From: a virus
Length of the DNA: 39,036 nt
Direction: 5' to 3' (one strand)
Virus record (IMG/VR): IMGVR_UViG_3300045988_153924
The notes under the pieces were generated by a model, which ran no database searches, was not told where the DNA came from, and was given only the letters and a program-made list of their open reading frames with translations. A program made the translations under genes and the position numbers. Positions within the stretch are counted from its first letter, which is position 1. Each line of letters starts with the position of its first letter. This document shows positions 6,878-16,108 of this stretch, piece after piece.

Positions 6878-8007
6878 TGGATATTACAAGCGGAAAAATC
6901 GAATCGGCACAAAAAGTAATCATATACGGCCCTGAGGGAATAGGCAAATCAACGTTTGCGTCGAAGTTCCCAAGTCCTCTGTTTTCGGATACAGAGGGCA
7001 GTACAAAACATATGGACGTAAGACGTTTGCCTAAGCCTACCTCTTGGACATTGCTAAAAGAGGAAGTAGCATATGTCAAAGCAAATCCGACTGTATGCAA
7101 AACATACATTATAGATACATTTGATTGGGCGGAAAGACTTTGTATTGCAAAGATATGCGCAGATAATAACAAAAAAAGTATTGAGGATTTCGGATACGGT
7201 TCGGGATATGTTTACGAATTAGAGGAAATAGGCAGATTTTTAAATTCACTTGATGAATTGATTGAATTGGGTATCAATGTAGTTTTGACGGCTCATGCAC
7301 AGTTGCGCAAATTTGAACAGCCGGACGAAATGGGAGCATATGACCGTTGGGAGTTGAAACTCGGCAAAAAAACAAGTTCGCAGATTTCACCTATTTTGAA
7401 AGAGTGGGCGGATATGATTTTATTTGTCAATTATAAAACATTTTCGGTTGCGACAGATGACAAAGGAACAAAACATAAGGCACAGGGCGGTACAAGAACA
7501 ATGTACACCACACACCACCCTTGTTGGGACGCAAAGAACCGTCATAATCTTCCGGACGAAATGCCGTTTGAATATGAACGAATTGCACATTGTTTTAAAG
7601 ATAATGCACCGACACAAACGGTTACACCGACAGTCACACCACATATAGAGCCGACTGTTTCACAGGTAGTCACACCACCACAAAAAACGACAGTTGCACC
7701 GCCTGCACCGCCGATTGACAACAACGTATCAGACGAAAGAAAAGAATTTGATACACCGGCACAATCGTTTGATATGCCGAACGGAAATATACCGAAAGCA
7801 TTGTCGGATTTAATGCAGATTAATAAGGTAACAGACGCAGAAATCAGACAGGCAGTTGCGTATAAAGGATATTATCCCGAAGATACACCGATAGAAAATT
7901 ACGACGTTGATTTTATCAACGGTGTATTGGTAGGAGCATGGAATCAAGTATTTGAGATTATAAAGAAAATGAGAAATGAGAATGTATTTCAAGGAGGTAA
8001 CGAATAA
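6877..8007 (+). CDS. Sak4-like (AAA_24) RecA-fold single-strand annealing ATPase with a Pro/Thr-rich linker and an extra C-terminal domain
   Basis: IYGPEGIGKSTFA Walker A typical of AAA_24/Sak4; TAATG overlap with the upstream gene; GAGGGAGA RBS. Confidence 0.75.
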   Translation: MDITSGKIESAQKVIIYGPEGIGKSTFASKFPSPLFSDTEGSTKHMDVRRLPKPTSWTLLKEEVAYVKANPTVCKTYIIDTFDWAERLCIAKICADNNKKSIEDFGYGSGYVYELEEIGRFLNSLDELIELGINVVLTAHAQLRKFEQPDEMGAYDRWELKLGKKTSSQISPILKEWADMILFVNYKTFSVATDDKGTKHKAQGGTRTMYTTHHPCWDAKNRHNLPDEMPFEYERIAHCFKDNAPTQTVTPTVTPHIEPTVSQVVTPPQKTTVAPPAPPIDNNVSDERKEFDTPAQSFDMPNGNIPKALSDLMQINKVTDAEIRQAVAYKGYYPEDTPIENYDVDFINGVLVGAWNQVFEIIKKMRNENVFQGGNE

Positions 8008-8483
8008 TGGCAGAAGAAAGAGAATTTGGTTGGGATGATGAAATAGAAAACGACAATGAGTTTCAAATATTGCCCGATGGTGATTATAATTTTACGGTAA
8101 CAGGTTTTGAGCGTGGCAGACATCAAGGAAGTGCTAAACTTCCGCCGTGCAATAAAGCGATTATAACATTAAACGTTGCGGACGGCAAAGGTAATCAAGG
8201 TACGATTAAACACAACCTGTTTTTACATACCAAAACAGAGGGAATGCTTTGTGCATTTTTTACCGCAATAGGACAGAGAAAGCATGGCGAAAAGTGCCGT
8301 ATGAATTGGAGTGCGGTTGTCGGAGCAACAGGCAGATGTAAAATCGGTATACATGAATATACAAGCACTAAGACAGGTGAAGTCTTAAAATCCAATGAAA
8401 TCAAAAAATTCTATGAGCCGACAGGAACACAAGCCGAACCAACGCAATCACCTGCGTCGTCATTTACTCCGGGAAGTTTTTAA
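8007..8483 (+). CDS. DUF669-like protein (the putative SSB-like partner commonly adjacent to Sak4)
   Basis: Size and position downstream of Sak4; the family assignment is an inference from gene context. Confidence 0.45.
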   Translation: MAEEREFGWDDEIENDNEFQILPDGDYNFTVTGFERGRHQGSAKLPPCNKAIITLNVADGKGNQGTIKHNLFLHTKTEGMLCAFFTAIGQRKHGEKCRMNWSAVVGATGRCKIGIHEYTSTKTGEVLKSNEIKKFYEPTGTQAEPTQSPASSFTPGSF

Positions 8484-8496
8484 GGCGGTGTAATAA

Positions 8497-10068
8497 ATGG
8501 AATTAAGACCATATCAAAATGAAGCTAAATCAGCCGTTTTCCGTGAATGGGAGAACGGCTGTAATAAAACATTGCTTGTTCTTCCGACAGGTTGCGGAAA
8601 GACAATAGTATTTGCAAAAATAACAGAAGAATGTGTGAGAAACGGTCAGCGAGTGCTGATACTTGCACACAGAGGTGAGCTTTTGGAACAAGCGGCAGAC
8701 AAGATTATGAAAACAACAGGTTTAGGCTGTGCAACGGAAAAAGCAGAAGAAAGTTGTATCGGCAGTTGGTACAGAGTTGTTGTAGGTTCGGTACAAACAC
8801 TTATGCGTGAAAAACGTTTAAATCAGTTCCAAAGCGATTATTTCGATACAATCATCATAGACGAGGCACATCACTGCATATCAGACAGTTACAGACGTGT
8901 ATTAGACCACTTTTCAGAGGCAAAGGTGCTTGGAGTCACTGCAACACCCGACAGGGGCGATATGAAAAATCTCGGACAGGTTTTTGAAAGCCTTGCATAT
9001 GAGTATACACTTCCTAAAGCTATTAAAGAGGGATATTTAAGTCCAATAAAGGCTCTGACAATTCCGTTAAAGCTTGACCTAACAGGAGTGGGAACACAGG
9101 CGGGCGACTTTAAATCAAGCGATTTAAGTACGGCACTTGATCCGTATTTGTATCAGATAGCCGATGAGATGACAAAACACTGCAAAAACAGAAAAACGGT
9201 TGTATTTCTGCCACTTGTAAAGACGAGTAAAAAGTTTAGAGATATTCTGAACGAAAAAGGTTTTAAAGCGGCGGAAGTAAACGGCGAAAGCAAAGAAAGA
9301 GCAGAAATATTAAATGATTTTGAAAACAATAAGTATAATGTGTTGTGCAATTCAATGCTTTTGACAGAGGGTTGGGATTGTCCCGATGTGGATTGCGTTG
9401 TCATATTAAGACCTACAAAAGTACGCAGTTTGTACAGTCAAATGGTAGGACGCGGAACAAGACTTGCACCGAATAAGGACCACTTACTTTTACTCGATTT
9501 TTTATGGCATACGGAACGACACGAACTGTGTCACCCCGCACATTTGATTTGCGAAAATGAAGAAGTTGCCGTAAAAATGACGGAGAATATCGAAAATGCG
9601 GGTTATCCTGTTGACATAGAAGAGGCAGAGGAAAAGGCAAGCGAAGATGTAGTTGCACAAAGAGAAGAGGCACTTGCAAATCTTCTTGCGGAAATGAAGA
9701 AACGTAAGCGTAAATTGGTTGATCCTCTGCAATTTGAAATGAGCATACAAGCCGAAGATTTATCGGGATATGTACCGACATTCGGTTGGGAAATGTCACC
9801 TCCGTCAGACAAACAAATAAAGGTACTTGAAAAATACGGAATATTCCCTGATGAAATAGATAACGCAGGTAAGGCAACCAAACTGCTTGAACGATTGGAG
9901 AAAAGACGTGTGGCAGGACTTACAACTCCAAAGCAAATACGCTTTCTTGAAAGTCGAGGTTTTCAGCACGTCGGTGTTTGGGAGTTTGAAAAAGCAAAAA
10001 ATCTTATTGACAGAATTGCTGCAAACGGTTGGCGAATACCGTCGGGGATAAATCCGAGTGAATATTAA
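8497..10068 (+). CDS. SF2 DEAD/DEAH-box DNA helicase
   Basis: LPTGCGKT motif I, DEAHH motif II, SAT-like TATP, and QMVGRGTR motif VI. Confidence 0.85.
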   Translation: MELRPYQNEAKSAVFREWENGCNKTLLVLPTGCGKTIVFAKITEECVRNGQRVLILAHRGELLEQAADKIMKTTGLGCATEKAEESCIGSWYRVVVGSVQTLMREKRLNQFQSDYFDTIIIDEAHHCISDSYRRVLDHFSEAKVLGVTATPDRGDMKNLGQVFESLAYEYTLPKAIKEGYLSPIKALTIPLKLDLTGVGTQAGDFKSSDLSTALDPYLYQIADEMTKHCKNRKTVVFLPLVKTSKKFRDILNEKGFKAAEVNGESKERAEILNDFENNKYNVLCNSMLLTEGWDCPDVDCVVILRPTKVRSLYSQMVGRGTRLAPNKDHLLLLDFLWHTERHELCHPAHLICENEEVAVKMTENIENAGYPVDIEEAEEKASEDVVAQREEALANLLAEMKKRKRKLVDPLQFEMSIQAEDLSGYVPTFGWEMSPPSDKQIKVLEKYGIFPDEIDNAGKATKLLERLEKRRVAGLTTPKQIRFLESRGFQHVGVWEFEKAKNLIDRIAANGWRIPSGINPSEY

Positions 10069-10080
10069 AGGAATTAAGAT

Positions 10081-12276
10081 ATGAACGATTATAATTTGAC
10101 AGAAATTCTTGAATATATTGATCCGTCAACTTGCAGTTATCAAGAGTGGATAAACGTAGGTATGGCACTAAAACACGAGGGATATACGGTATCTGATTGG
10201 GATATGTGGAGTATGAAAGACGTAAACCGTTACCATAGCGGTGAATGTGCAAAGAAGTGGGCGACATTTCAAGGCTCATCTGCTCCCGTTACTGGCGGAA
10301 CTATCATTCAAATGGCTAAAGAAAACGGATACCATTATGAGAATGTATCAGCCGAACTTGATTGGGACAGTGAAATAGGTTCTAAAGACGAACTTGTTGT
10401 AGTAGACAGGAACTGGCTTGAACGCAGTGAGATACATATTCCCGAACAATGGAATCCGACAGAGCAGATTATCACATACCTCGAAACACTTTTTGAGCCG
10501 GATGAAAACGTAGGCTATGTTACGGAAAGTTGGGAACATGACGGAAAATTCTTGCCGTCAAAAGGCTGTTACGACAGAACGGCAGGTCAGCTTATAAAGG
10601 AACTGTACCAATGCAAAGGCGATATAGGCAGTGTAATCGGTGATTATAACAGCGAAGTCGGTGCGTGGATAAGGTTTAACCCTCTTGACGGTAAGGGCGT
10701 AAAAAATGAAAACGTAACGGAGTTCAGATATGCACTTGTCGAATCCGATACAATGGACATTTCGGCACAAAAAGCCATTATAACAGAATTGGAATTACCT
10801 GTTGCGGCACTTGTGTACAGTGGTAAGAAAAGCCTTCACGCAATAGTGAAAATTGACGCATCAACGTATGAAGAATATAAAAAACGTGTCGATTATCTGT
10901 ATAACGTGTGCAATAAAAACGGACTGAAACTTGATATTCAAAACAGAAATCCGTCACGATTATCCCGTATGCCGGGCGTAATGCGTAACGGTAAAAAACA
11001 ATATCTTCTTGATACCAATATAGGTAAAGAAAATTGGAATGAGTGGCGTGAATGGATTGAAAGCGTGAATGATGATTTGCCCGATCCCGAAAGTATGGCT
11101 GATGTGTGGGACAATTTACCCGAACTTGCACCGCCATTAATTGACGGTGTATTAAGACAGGGACATAAAATGCTTATAGCGGGTCCGTCAAAGGCGGGTA
11201 AATCATACGCATTGATTGAGTTGTGCTGTGCCATTGCAGAGGGGAAGAAGTGGCTTGAATGGAACTGTACGCAAGGCAAAGTAATGTACGTTAATCTTGA
11301 ACTTGACCGAGCAAGCTGTCTGCACCGTTTTAAGGACGTTTATACAGCACTTGGCATAGCACCCGACAATCTATCCAACATTGATATTTGGAATCTTAGA
11401 GGACGCAGTGTACCAATGGACAAGCTCGCTCCGAAACTTATACGCAGGGCAAGCAAAAAGAATTATATAGCGATTATAATTGACCCGATATATAAGGTTA
11501 TAACAGGTGACGAAAACAGTGCAGACCAAATGGCTCATTTTTGTAATCAGTTTGATAAAGTATGTACAGAACTCGGCTGTGCGGTGATATATTGTCATCA
11601 TCACAGTAAGGGTGCGCAGGGCGGTAAAAGAAGTATGGACAGAGCCTCGGGTTCGGGTGTGTTTGCACGTGATCCCGATGCACTTATCGACCTTGTAGAA
11701 CTTGAGTTGAACGACGATATATTAAAACAGGAAAAGAATAAGGCAGTATGCAAAGTATGTGAGGGTTGGTTGTATAAATACGATAAATTGTATCATGCGT
11801 CACAAGACGATTTGTGCAGTGAAACTCAAATGCTTGCATTGTGCCGAGAATACCTTGAAAACGACGCTTACGAGTGCGTTATAGAAGATGTAGGTAAGGC
11901 AAGAAAATCGGTTGAAAGCCGTAGTGCGTGGCGTATAGAGGGTACGCTTAGAGAGTTCCCGAAGTTTGCACCGGTGAACCTATGGTTTAAATATCCTGTT
12001 CATAATATTGATAATATCGGCGTGCTGAAAGATATTGCGGTTGATGACGGAATGCCAACGTGGAAGAAGAATTTTGCTAAAAAGAAAACTGACGCAGAAC
12101 GTAAAACCGAGCGTAAAAATTCTCTTGAAACGGCATTTGAAGCGTGCGGAATTGATGATAAAGTGACAGTAAAATCAATGGCGGAATATATGGGAGTTAC
12201 AGAGAAAACTGTAAGAAACAGATTAAAAGAACACGGTGGATTTTGGATTGATGAAGGTCAAGTCGGTAAGAAATAA
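10081..12276 (+). CDS. Replicative primase/ATPase: PriCT-like N-domain, a primase-polymerase region and a C-terminal AAA_25/RecA-like ATPase
   Basis: WINVGMALKHEGY...WDMWS is a PriCT-2-like motif; GPSKAGKSY Walker A; 731 aa is typical of phage and plasmid primase-helicases. Confidence 0.75.
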   Translation: MNDYNLTEILEYIDPSTCSYQEWINVGMALKHEGYTVSDWDMWSMKDVNRYHSGECAKKWATFQGSSAPVTGGTIIQMAKENGYHYENVSAELDWDSEIGSKDELVVVDRNWLERSEIHIPEQWNPTEQIITYLETLFEPDENVGYVTESWEHDGKFLPSKGCYDRTAGQLIKELYQCKGDIGSVIGDYNSEVGAWIRFNPLDGKGVKNENVTEFRYALVESDTMDISAQKAIITELELPVAALVYSGKKSLHAIVKIDASTYEEYKKRVDYLYNVCNKNGLKLDIQNRNPSRLSRMPGVMRNGKKQYLLDTNIGKENWNEWREWIESVNDDLPDPESMADVWDNLPELAPPLIDGVLRQGHKMLIAGPSKAGKSYALIELCCAIAEGKKWLEWNCTQGKVMYVNLELDRASCLHRFKDVYTALGIAPDNLSNIDIWNLRGRSVPMDKLAPKLIRRASKKNYIAIIIDPIYKVITGDENSADQMAHFCNQFDKVCTELGCAVIYCHHHSKGAQGGKRSMDRASGSGVFARDPDALIDLVELELNDDILKQEKNKAVCKVCEGWLYKYDKLYHASQDDLCSETQMLALCREYLENDAYECVIEDVGKARKSVESRSAWRIEGTLREFPKFAPVNLWFKYPVHNIDNIGVLKDIAVDDGMPTWKKNFAKKKTDAERKTERKNSLETAFEACGIDDKVTVKSMAEYMGVTEKTVRNRLKEHGGFWIDEGQVGKK

Positions 12277-12277
12277 G

Positions 12278-12530
12278 AGGGAAAATGTCGGAGGGAAAAT
12301 TACTCTTTAAAAATTCCCTAAGAGGGAAAATATCGAAATAATTTCTTTCCTTTCCTTAGAGAAAAAGTCGAGAAAAAATTAATTTTCCTTAGGGAAGAAA
12401 AACTCGGGAAAATATCGACTTTTTCCCGAGGGAAGGAAAATGTATATATACTACGTATATATAAAGGTTTCCCTTTCCCTAAGGTCAGGGGGAAGTAGTT
12501 GTGCGACAGCTTACGCACAACAACTCCTTC
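12278..12530. promoter_or_regulatory. Putative origin of replication: about nine GGGAAAAT/TTTTCCC iterons, a 10-bp inverted repeat CTCGGGAAAA/TTTTCCCGAG (12403..12430), an AT-rich palindromic tract (12440..12465) and a GTTGTGCG hairpin (12498..12521)
   Basis: Repeats read directly in the 320-bp intergenic region between the primase gene and rusA. Confidence 0.5.
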
Positions 12531-12595
12531 CCCTTACTGACTGACAAAGCAAAAATTTCAGAACAGACACAAAGTAAATAAATGGAAGTGAGAAA

Positions 12596-12988
12596 ATGAA
12601 AGTACAATTTTTTATGGCAATGATACCGCCGACAAAAACGTATCAAGAAAAAAAGGTTGCAGTTGTAAAAGGTAAGCCGGTATTTTATGAGCCGCCGGAA
12701 GTTAAAGCGGTAAGAGAAAAACTTGCGGCACATCTTTCGCATTACGCACCTAAAAAGATGTTTGAAAAGCCTGTGCGTATGGTGACAAAGTGGTGCTTCC
12801 CTAAAGGCAAGCATTCGGACGGTGAGTATAAGGCAACAAAACCCGATACGGATAACTTGCAGAAAATGCTTAAAGACGTTATGACGGAAGTGGGATTTTG
12901 GAAAGATGATGCACTTGTGGCAAGTGAAATAACAGAAAAGTTTTGGGCGGAGCAGATGGGCATATTTATAAGCATTGAGGATTTGTGA
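12596..12988 (+). CDS. rusA: RusA-family Holliday junction resolvase
   Basis: MKVQFFMAMIPPTKTYQEKK... and the ...KPDTDNLQKMLKDVMTEVGFWKDDALV catalytic-region pattern are typical of RusA. Confidence 0.8.
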   Translation: MKVQFFMAMIPPTKTYQEKKVAVVKGKPVFYEPPEVKAVREKLAAHLSHYAPKKMFEKPVRMVTKWCFPKGKHSDGEYKATKPDTDNLQKMLKDVMTEVGFWKDDALVASEITEKFWAEQMGIFISIEDL

Positions 12989-12989
12989 T

Positions 12990-13205
12990 ATGGATATTCT
13001 TGAAGTAAAACAAAATCTTAATAAAACGGTTTATTATTCGGATTTTTATAATATTCCCGAACCGACACCGTTTATCCTTAATGCGTGTATCGCACGAAAA
13101 GATCCGAGAGGATTTTTGAAATATTCACTTGAGCTTTTGGACAAAACCAAACACGCAGTAATTATTGTGCCGATTGAAAAAGTAAAATTGAAAAATGATG
13201 AATGA
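12990..13205 (+). CDS. Hypothetical protein (71 aa)
   Basis: GAGGA RBS before the ATG. Confidence 0.5.
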   Translation: MDILEVKQNLNKTVYYSDFYNIPEPTPFILNACIARKDPRGFLKYSLELLDKTKHAVIIVPIEKVKLKNDE

Positions 13206-13656
13206 GGAGGATAACGATTTGACGATTAAAGAATGTAAAGAATGGCTTTCGAGAGCGAGAAAGACGGACGAGGAGATTAACGCACTTATTGCGGAGCAGG
13301 AGAGAGCTTTGACAAACGCAACAAGCACTGTGGCTCAGTCGGGCAGTGAAAAGGTGCAGACGTCAAACGTGAATACTTCGGAGAATAAGTTCATAAGCTA
13401 TGCCGCGTATTCCGAATTGATAGATAAACGCATTGACAGACTGTATGAGATTAAAAAAGAGATTTTGGAAAACGTGAATAAACTCGACGACGCAACACTT
13501 CGGACTATATTAATTTTGCGTTATCTCAATTTTCAAACGTGGGAAATGATTGCTTGTAAAATGAATTACAGTTATAAACAAGTGTGCAGATTACATGGAA
13601 AAGCATTGAATTTAATAAAAGATGTCATAGAATGTCCTATTGCACCTGTGATATAG
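13195..13656 (+). CDS. ArpU/RinA-like late transcriptional activator with a sigma-70 region-4-type HTH. A TTG at 13219, preceded by an AGGAGG RBS, is a plausible true start
   Basis: The C-terminal RTILILRYLNFQTWEMIACKMNYSYKQVCRLHGKALNLI resembles sigma region 4; it sits just upstream of the packaging genes. Confidence 0.6.
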   Translation: MMNEEDNDLTIKECKEWLSRARKTDEEINALIAEQERALTNATSTVAQSGSEKVQTSNVNTSENKFISYAAYSELIDKRIDRLYEIKKEILENVNKLDDATLRTILILRYLNFQTWEMIACKMNYSYKQVCRLHGKALNLIKDVIECPIAPVI

Positions 13657-13828
13657 TATATCATGAAATAAGTAACATAAGCGGTGTATCATCGTGAGAT
13701 GATGGGTGAATATCTCGTGTGATTGGTGGGAGTGGAGATATTAAAAAAATTATTCTTCTAAAAAAGGAATTTTGTGTGATATTGTTGAATTATATACACA
13801 AATACAATTTTTACGGAGGATAGTGTAA

Positions 13829-14287
13829 ATGATAATATTTTTTAAAGACCGTGCACTAAAACAAAATTGTAATGATACGGTATATTTAAAATATCGGAGG
13901 AAAGCACAAAAGTTTTATTATAATAGGACTTTGGAATATTTAAAAAGCGAAAAATTGAGAATTGAAGTTCGATATGAAGATAGAAAACAGAACGATGCAT
14001 ATAGTAGCTTGAGTTGTATTGTATCAATTATAGCATTATGTATATCTATTTTGAATTTTTGCATATCGGAGAATGAAAGAGGTTCTGTACTTTGGTATAT
14101 AAAAATGATTCTTGTTATCATATTTTTTGCAAGCTTTCTGCTGGTACACTATAATTTACGAAATAATAAAGAATTAATACAATGTCGGATTGCTTTACAA
14201 GTTTTAGATGAACTGATAGCTGAAAAAGAAGAAAGCAAAACAGTCAACGGAGCAAAACAATACAATGTCACTATTGTATCAAAGTAA
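13829..14287 (+). CDS. AT-rich moron encoding a 2-TM membrane protein (N-terminal about 60-aa soluble region, two transmembrane helices and a C-terminal helical tail)
   Basis: Hydrophobic segments SLSCIVSIIALCISILNFCI and MILVIIFFASFLLVHY; composition markedly more AT-rich than neighbouring genes; its own terminator follows. Confidence 0.55.
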   Translation: MIIFFKDRALKQNCNDTVYLKYRRKAQKFYYNRTLEYLKSEKLRIEVRYEDRKQNDAYSSLSCIVSIIALCISILNFCISENERGSVLWYIKMILVIIFFASFLLVHYNLRNNKELIQCRIALQVLDELIAEKEESKTVNGAKQYNVTIVSK

Positions 14288-14295
14288 AATATAAG

Positions 14296-14322
14296 GCACT
14301 ATCGCATAGGTAGTGCTTTTTC
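14296..14322 (+). terminator. Rho-independent terminator (stem GCACTA/TAGTGC followed by a T-run)
   Basis: Hairpin and T-run read directly from the sequence. Confidence 0.6.
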
Positions 14323-14349
14323 TATACCCAAAAACAGGAGGTGAAATTC

Positions 14350-14727
14350 ATGGCAAGACCGAGAAAGATTACGAAAGAGACAGTCCAAAAACTCGAAGAG
14401 GGATTTTTAATGGGGTTAAGTGACCGAGAGGCTTGTATTTATGCGGATATAGCGGTAAGCACGTTATACGATTACTGCAAGAAACACAAGGAGTTTTCGG
14501 AGCGAAAAGAGCTACTAAAAGACAATATCAAAATGAAGTCGAAATTAAACGTTGCACACGGGATAAAAAAAGGTGATATTAATTTGTCGTTATGGTATCT
14601 TGAACGCAAATGCAAAGATGAATTTTCACCGAAACAGGAAATAACGCACAGTGGCACAATGGACATAAACAATCCTATGGCAAATCTTACGACTGACGAA
14701 TTAAGGAAGTTGATAGGTGATGGATAA
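14350..14727 (+). CDS. terS: Terminase small subunit (HTH-type)
   Basis: The MARPRKITKET...GLSDREACIYADIAVSTLYDY HTH is typical of small terminases; it lies immediately upstream of TerL; AGGAGG RBS. Confidence 0.75.
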   Translation: MARPRKITKETVQKLEEGFLMGLSDREACIYADIAVSTLYDYCKKHKEFSERKELLKDNIKMKSKLNVAHGIKKGDINLSLWYLERKCKDEFSPKQEITHSGTMDINNPMANLTTDELRKLIGDG

Positions 14728-16108
14728 AAACTTAATAATGCTTGAGGCGAAGAAAGAACTTGCACGACGCGAGTTCTTTTATTTTTGCCATTTAACCGCA
14801 CCGTTATTCTACAAGCCGGAGCGAGAATTTCTTGTACGGTTATGCAATGAAATGCAATCGTTTTACGAAAGTGACGAAAACGCATTGATTATCAATTTAC
14901 CGCCGCGTCACGGCAAGAGCCGTACTGCGTCAATGTTTGTCGAATGGGTGCTCGGCAGAAATCAAAGCGAAAAAATAATGACCGGCTCATACAATGAAAC
15001 ATTATCAACCACCTTTTCAAAAGCGGTGCGTAATGCGATACAGGAGGAAAAAGCCGATACGGAAAAGATTATTTACAGTGACATATTTCCGAATGTGAAA
15101 ATAAAGCAAGGCGACGGAGCGATGAACTTATGGAGCCTTGAGGGCGGTTACAACAACTATCTTGCCACATCGCCGTCCGGTACTGCGACAGGTTTCGGAG
15201 CGAGTTTACTTATAATCGACGACCTTATCAAAAATGCTGAGGAGGCATACAACGAAACAGTCAAAGAAAAGCATTGGGAATGGTTTACGAACACAATGCT
15301 TTCACGACTTGAAGAAAAAGGCAAGATAATCATTATAATGACACGGTGGGCTTCGGGCGACCTTGCGGGACGTGCGATTGAGTATTTCAGCGACAACAAC
15401 ATATCTCACAGAGTAATCACGATGAAAGCCGTTTGTGATGACGGCAATATGCTTTGTGACGAAATACTTTCACGGAGCAGTTACGACTTAAAGATTAAGG
15501 CAATGGGTGCGGATATAGCAAGTGCGAACTATCAGCAAGAGCCGATTGATTTGCAAGGCAAACTCTACACAACGCTTAAAACATACGACAGCTTACCGCC
15601 GATTACGCAAATACAATCATATTGCGATACCGCCGATACAGGTGCGGACTATCTCTGCAACATAATATACGGTATATACGGCAAAGAAGTATACGTCATA
15701 GACGTGTATTATACCGACGAGCCTATGGAGGTTACAGAGGGTGAAACGGCACGTAGATTATACGAGAACAACGTCAACCTTGCAAAGATTGAAAGCAATA
15801 ACGGCGGACGTTCGTTCGCAAGACGTGTGCGTGAAATCCTTGCCGAAAAATACGGCAGTAATTTTACAACGGTGAAATGGTTTCACCAAAGCAATAACAA
15901 AGAGGCACGAATATTATCCAACAGCACTTGGGTAATGGAGCATATATATTTTCCTTGCGACTGGCACATACGTTTTCCCGAATACTATAAGGCGATGACG
16001 ACATATCAGCGTGAGGGCAAGAACAAGCACGACGACGCACCCGACGCAACAACAGGTATTGCAGAGATGATGAACAGGAAAAAAGGCGGACTGTCAATTT
16101 TAAAGTAG
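14717..16108 (+). CDS. terL: Terminase large subunit (ATPase plus nuclease)
   Basis: Walker A PPRHGKS, Walker B LLIIDD, and a C-terminal nuclease region containing acidic residues. Confidence 0.85.
   Translation: MMDKNLIMLEAKKELARREFFYFCHLTAPLFYKPEREFLVRLCNEMQSFYESDENALIINLPPRHGKSRTASMFVEWVLGRNQSEKIMTGSYNETLSTTFSKAVRNAIQEEKADTEKIIYSDIFPNVKIKQGDGAMNLWSLEGGYNNYLATSPSGTATGFGASLLIIDDLIKNAEEAYNETVKEKHWEWFTNTMLSRLEEKGKIIIIMTRWASGDLAGRAIEYFSDNNISHRVITMKAVCDDGNMLCDEILSRSSYDLKIKAMGADIASANYQQEPIDLQGKLYTTLKTYDSLPPITQIQSYCDTADTGADYLCNIIYGIYGKEVYVIDVYYTDEPMEVTEGETARRLYENNVNLAKIESNNGGRSFARRVREILAEKYGSNFTTVKWFHQSNNKEARILSNSTWVMEHIYFPCDWHIRFPEYYKAMTTYQREGKNKHDDAPDATTGIAEMMNRKKGGLSILK

Noticed and set aside
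9413-9881. Overlapping minus-strand ORFs inside the helicase gene
   Set aside because: Multiple overlapping antisense frames with no independent support.
13700-13750. Hairpin AATATCTC...GAGATATT followed by an A-run
   Set aside because: It is not followed by a U-run on either strand, so it is not called as a terminator. It may be structural only.
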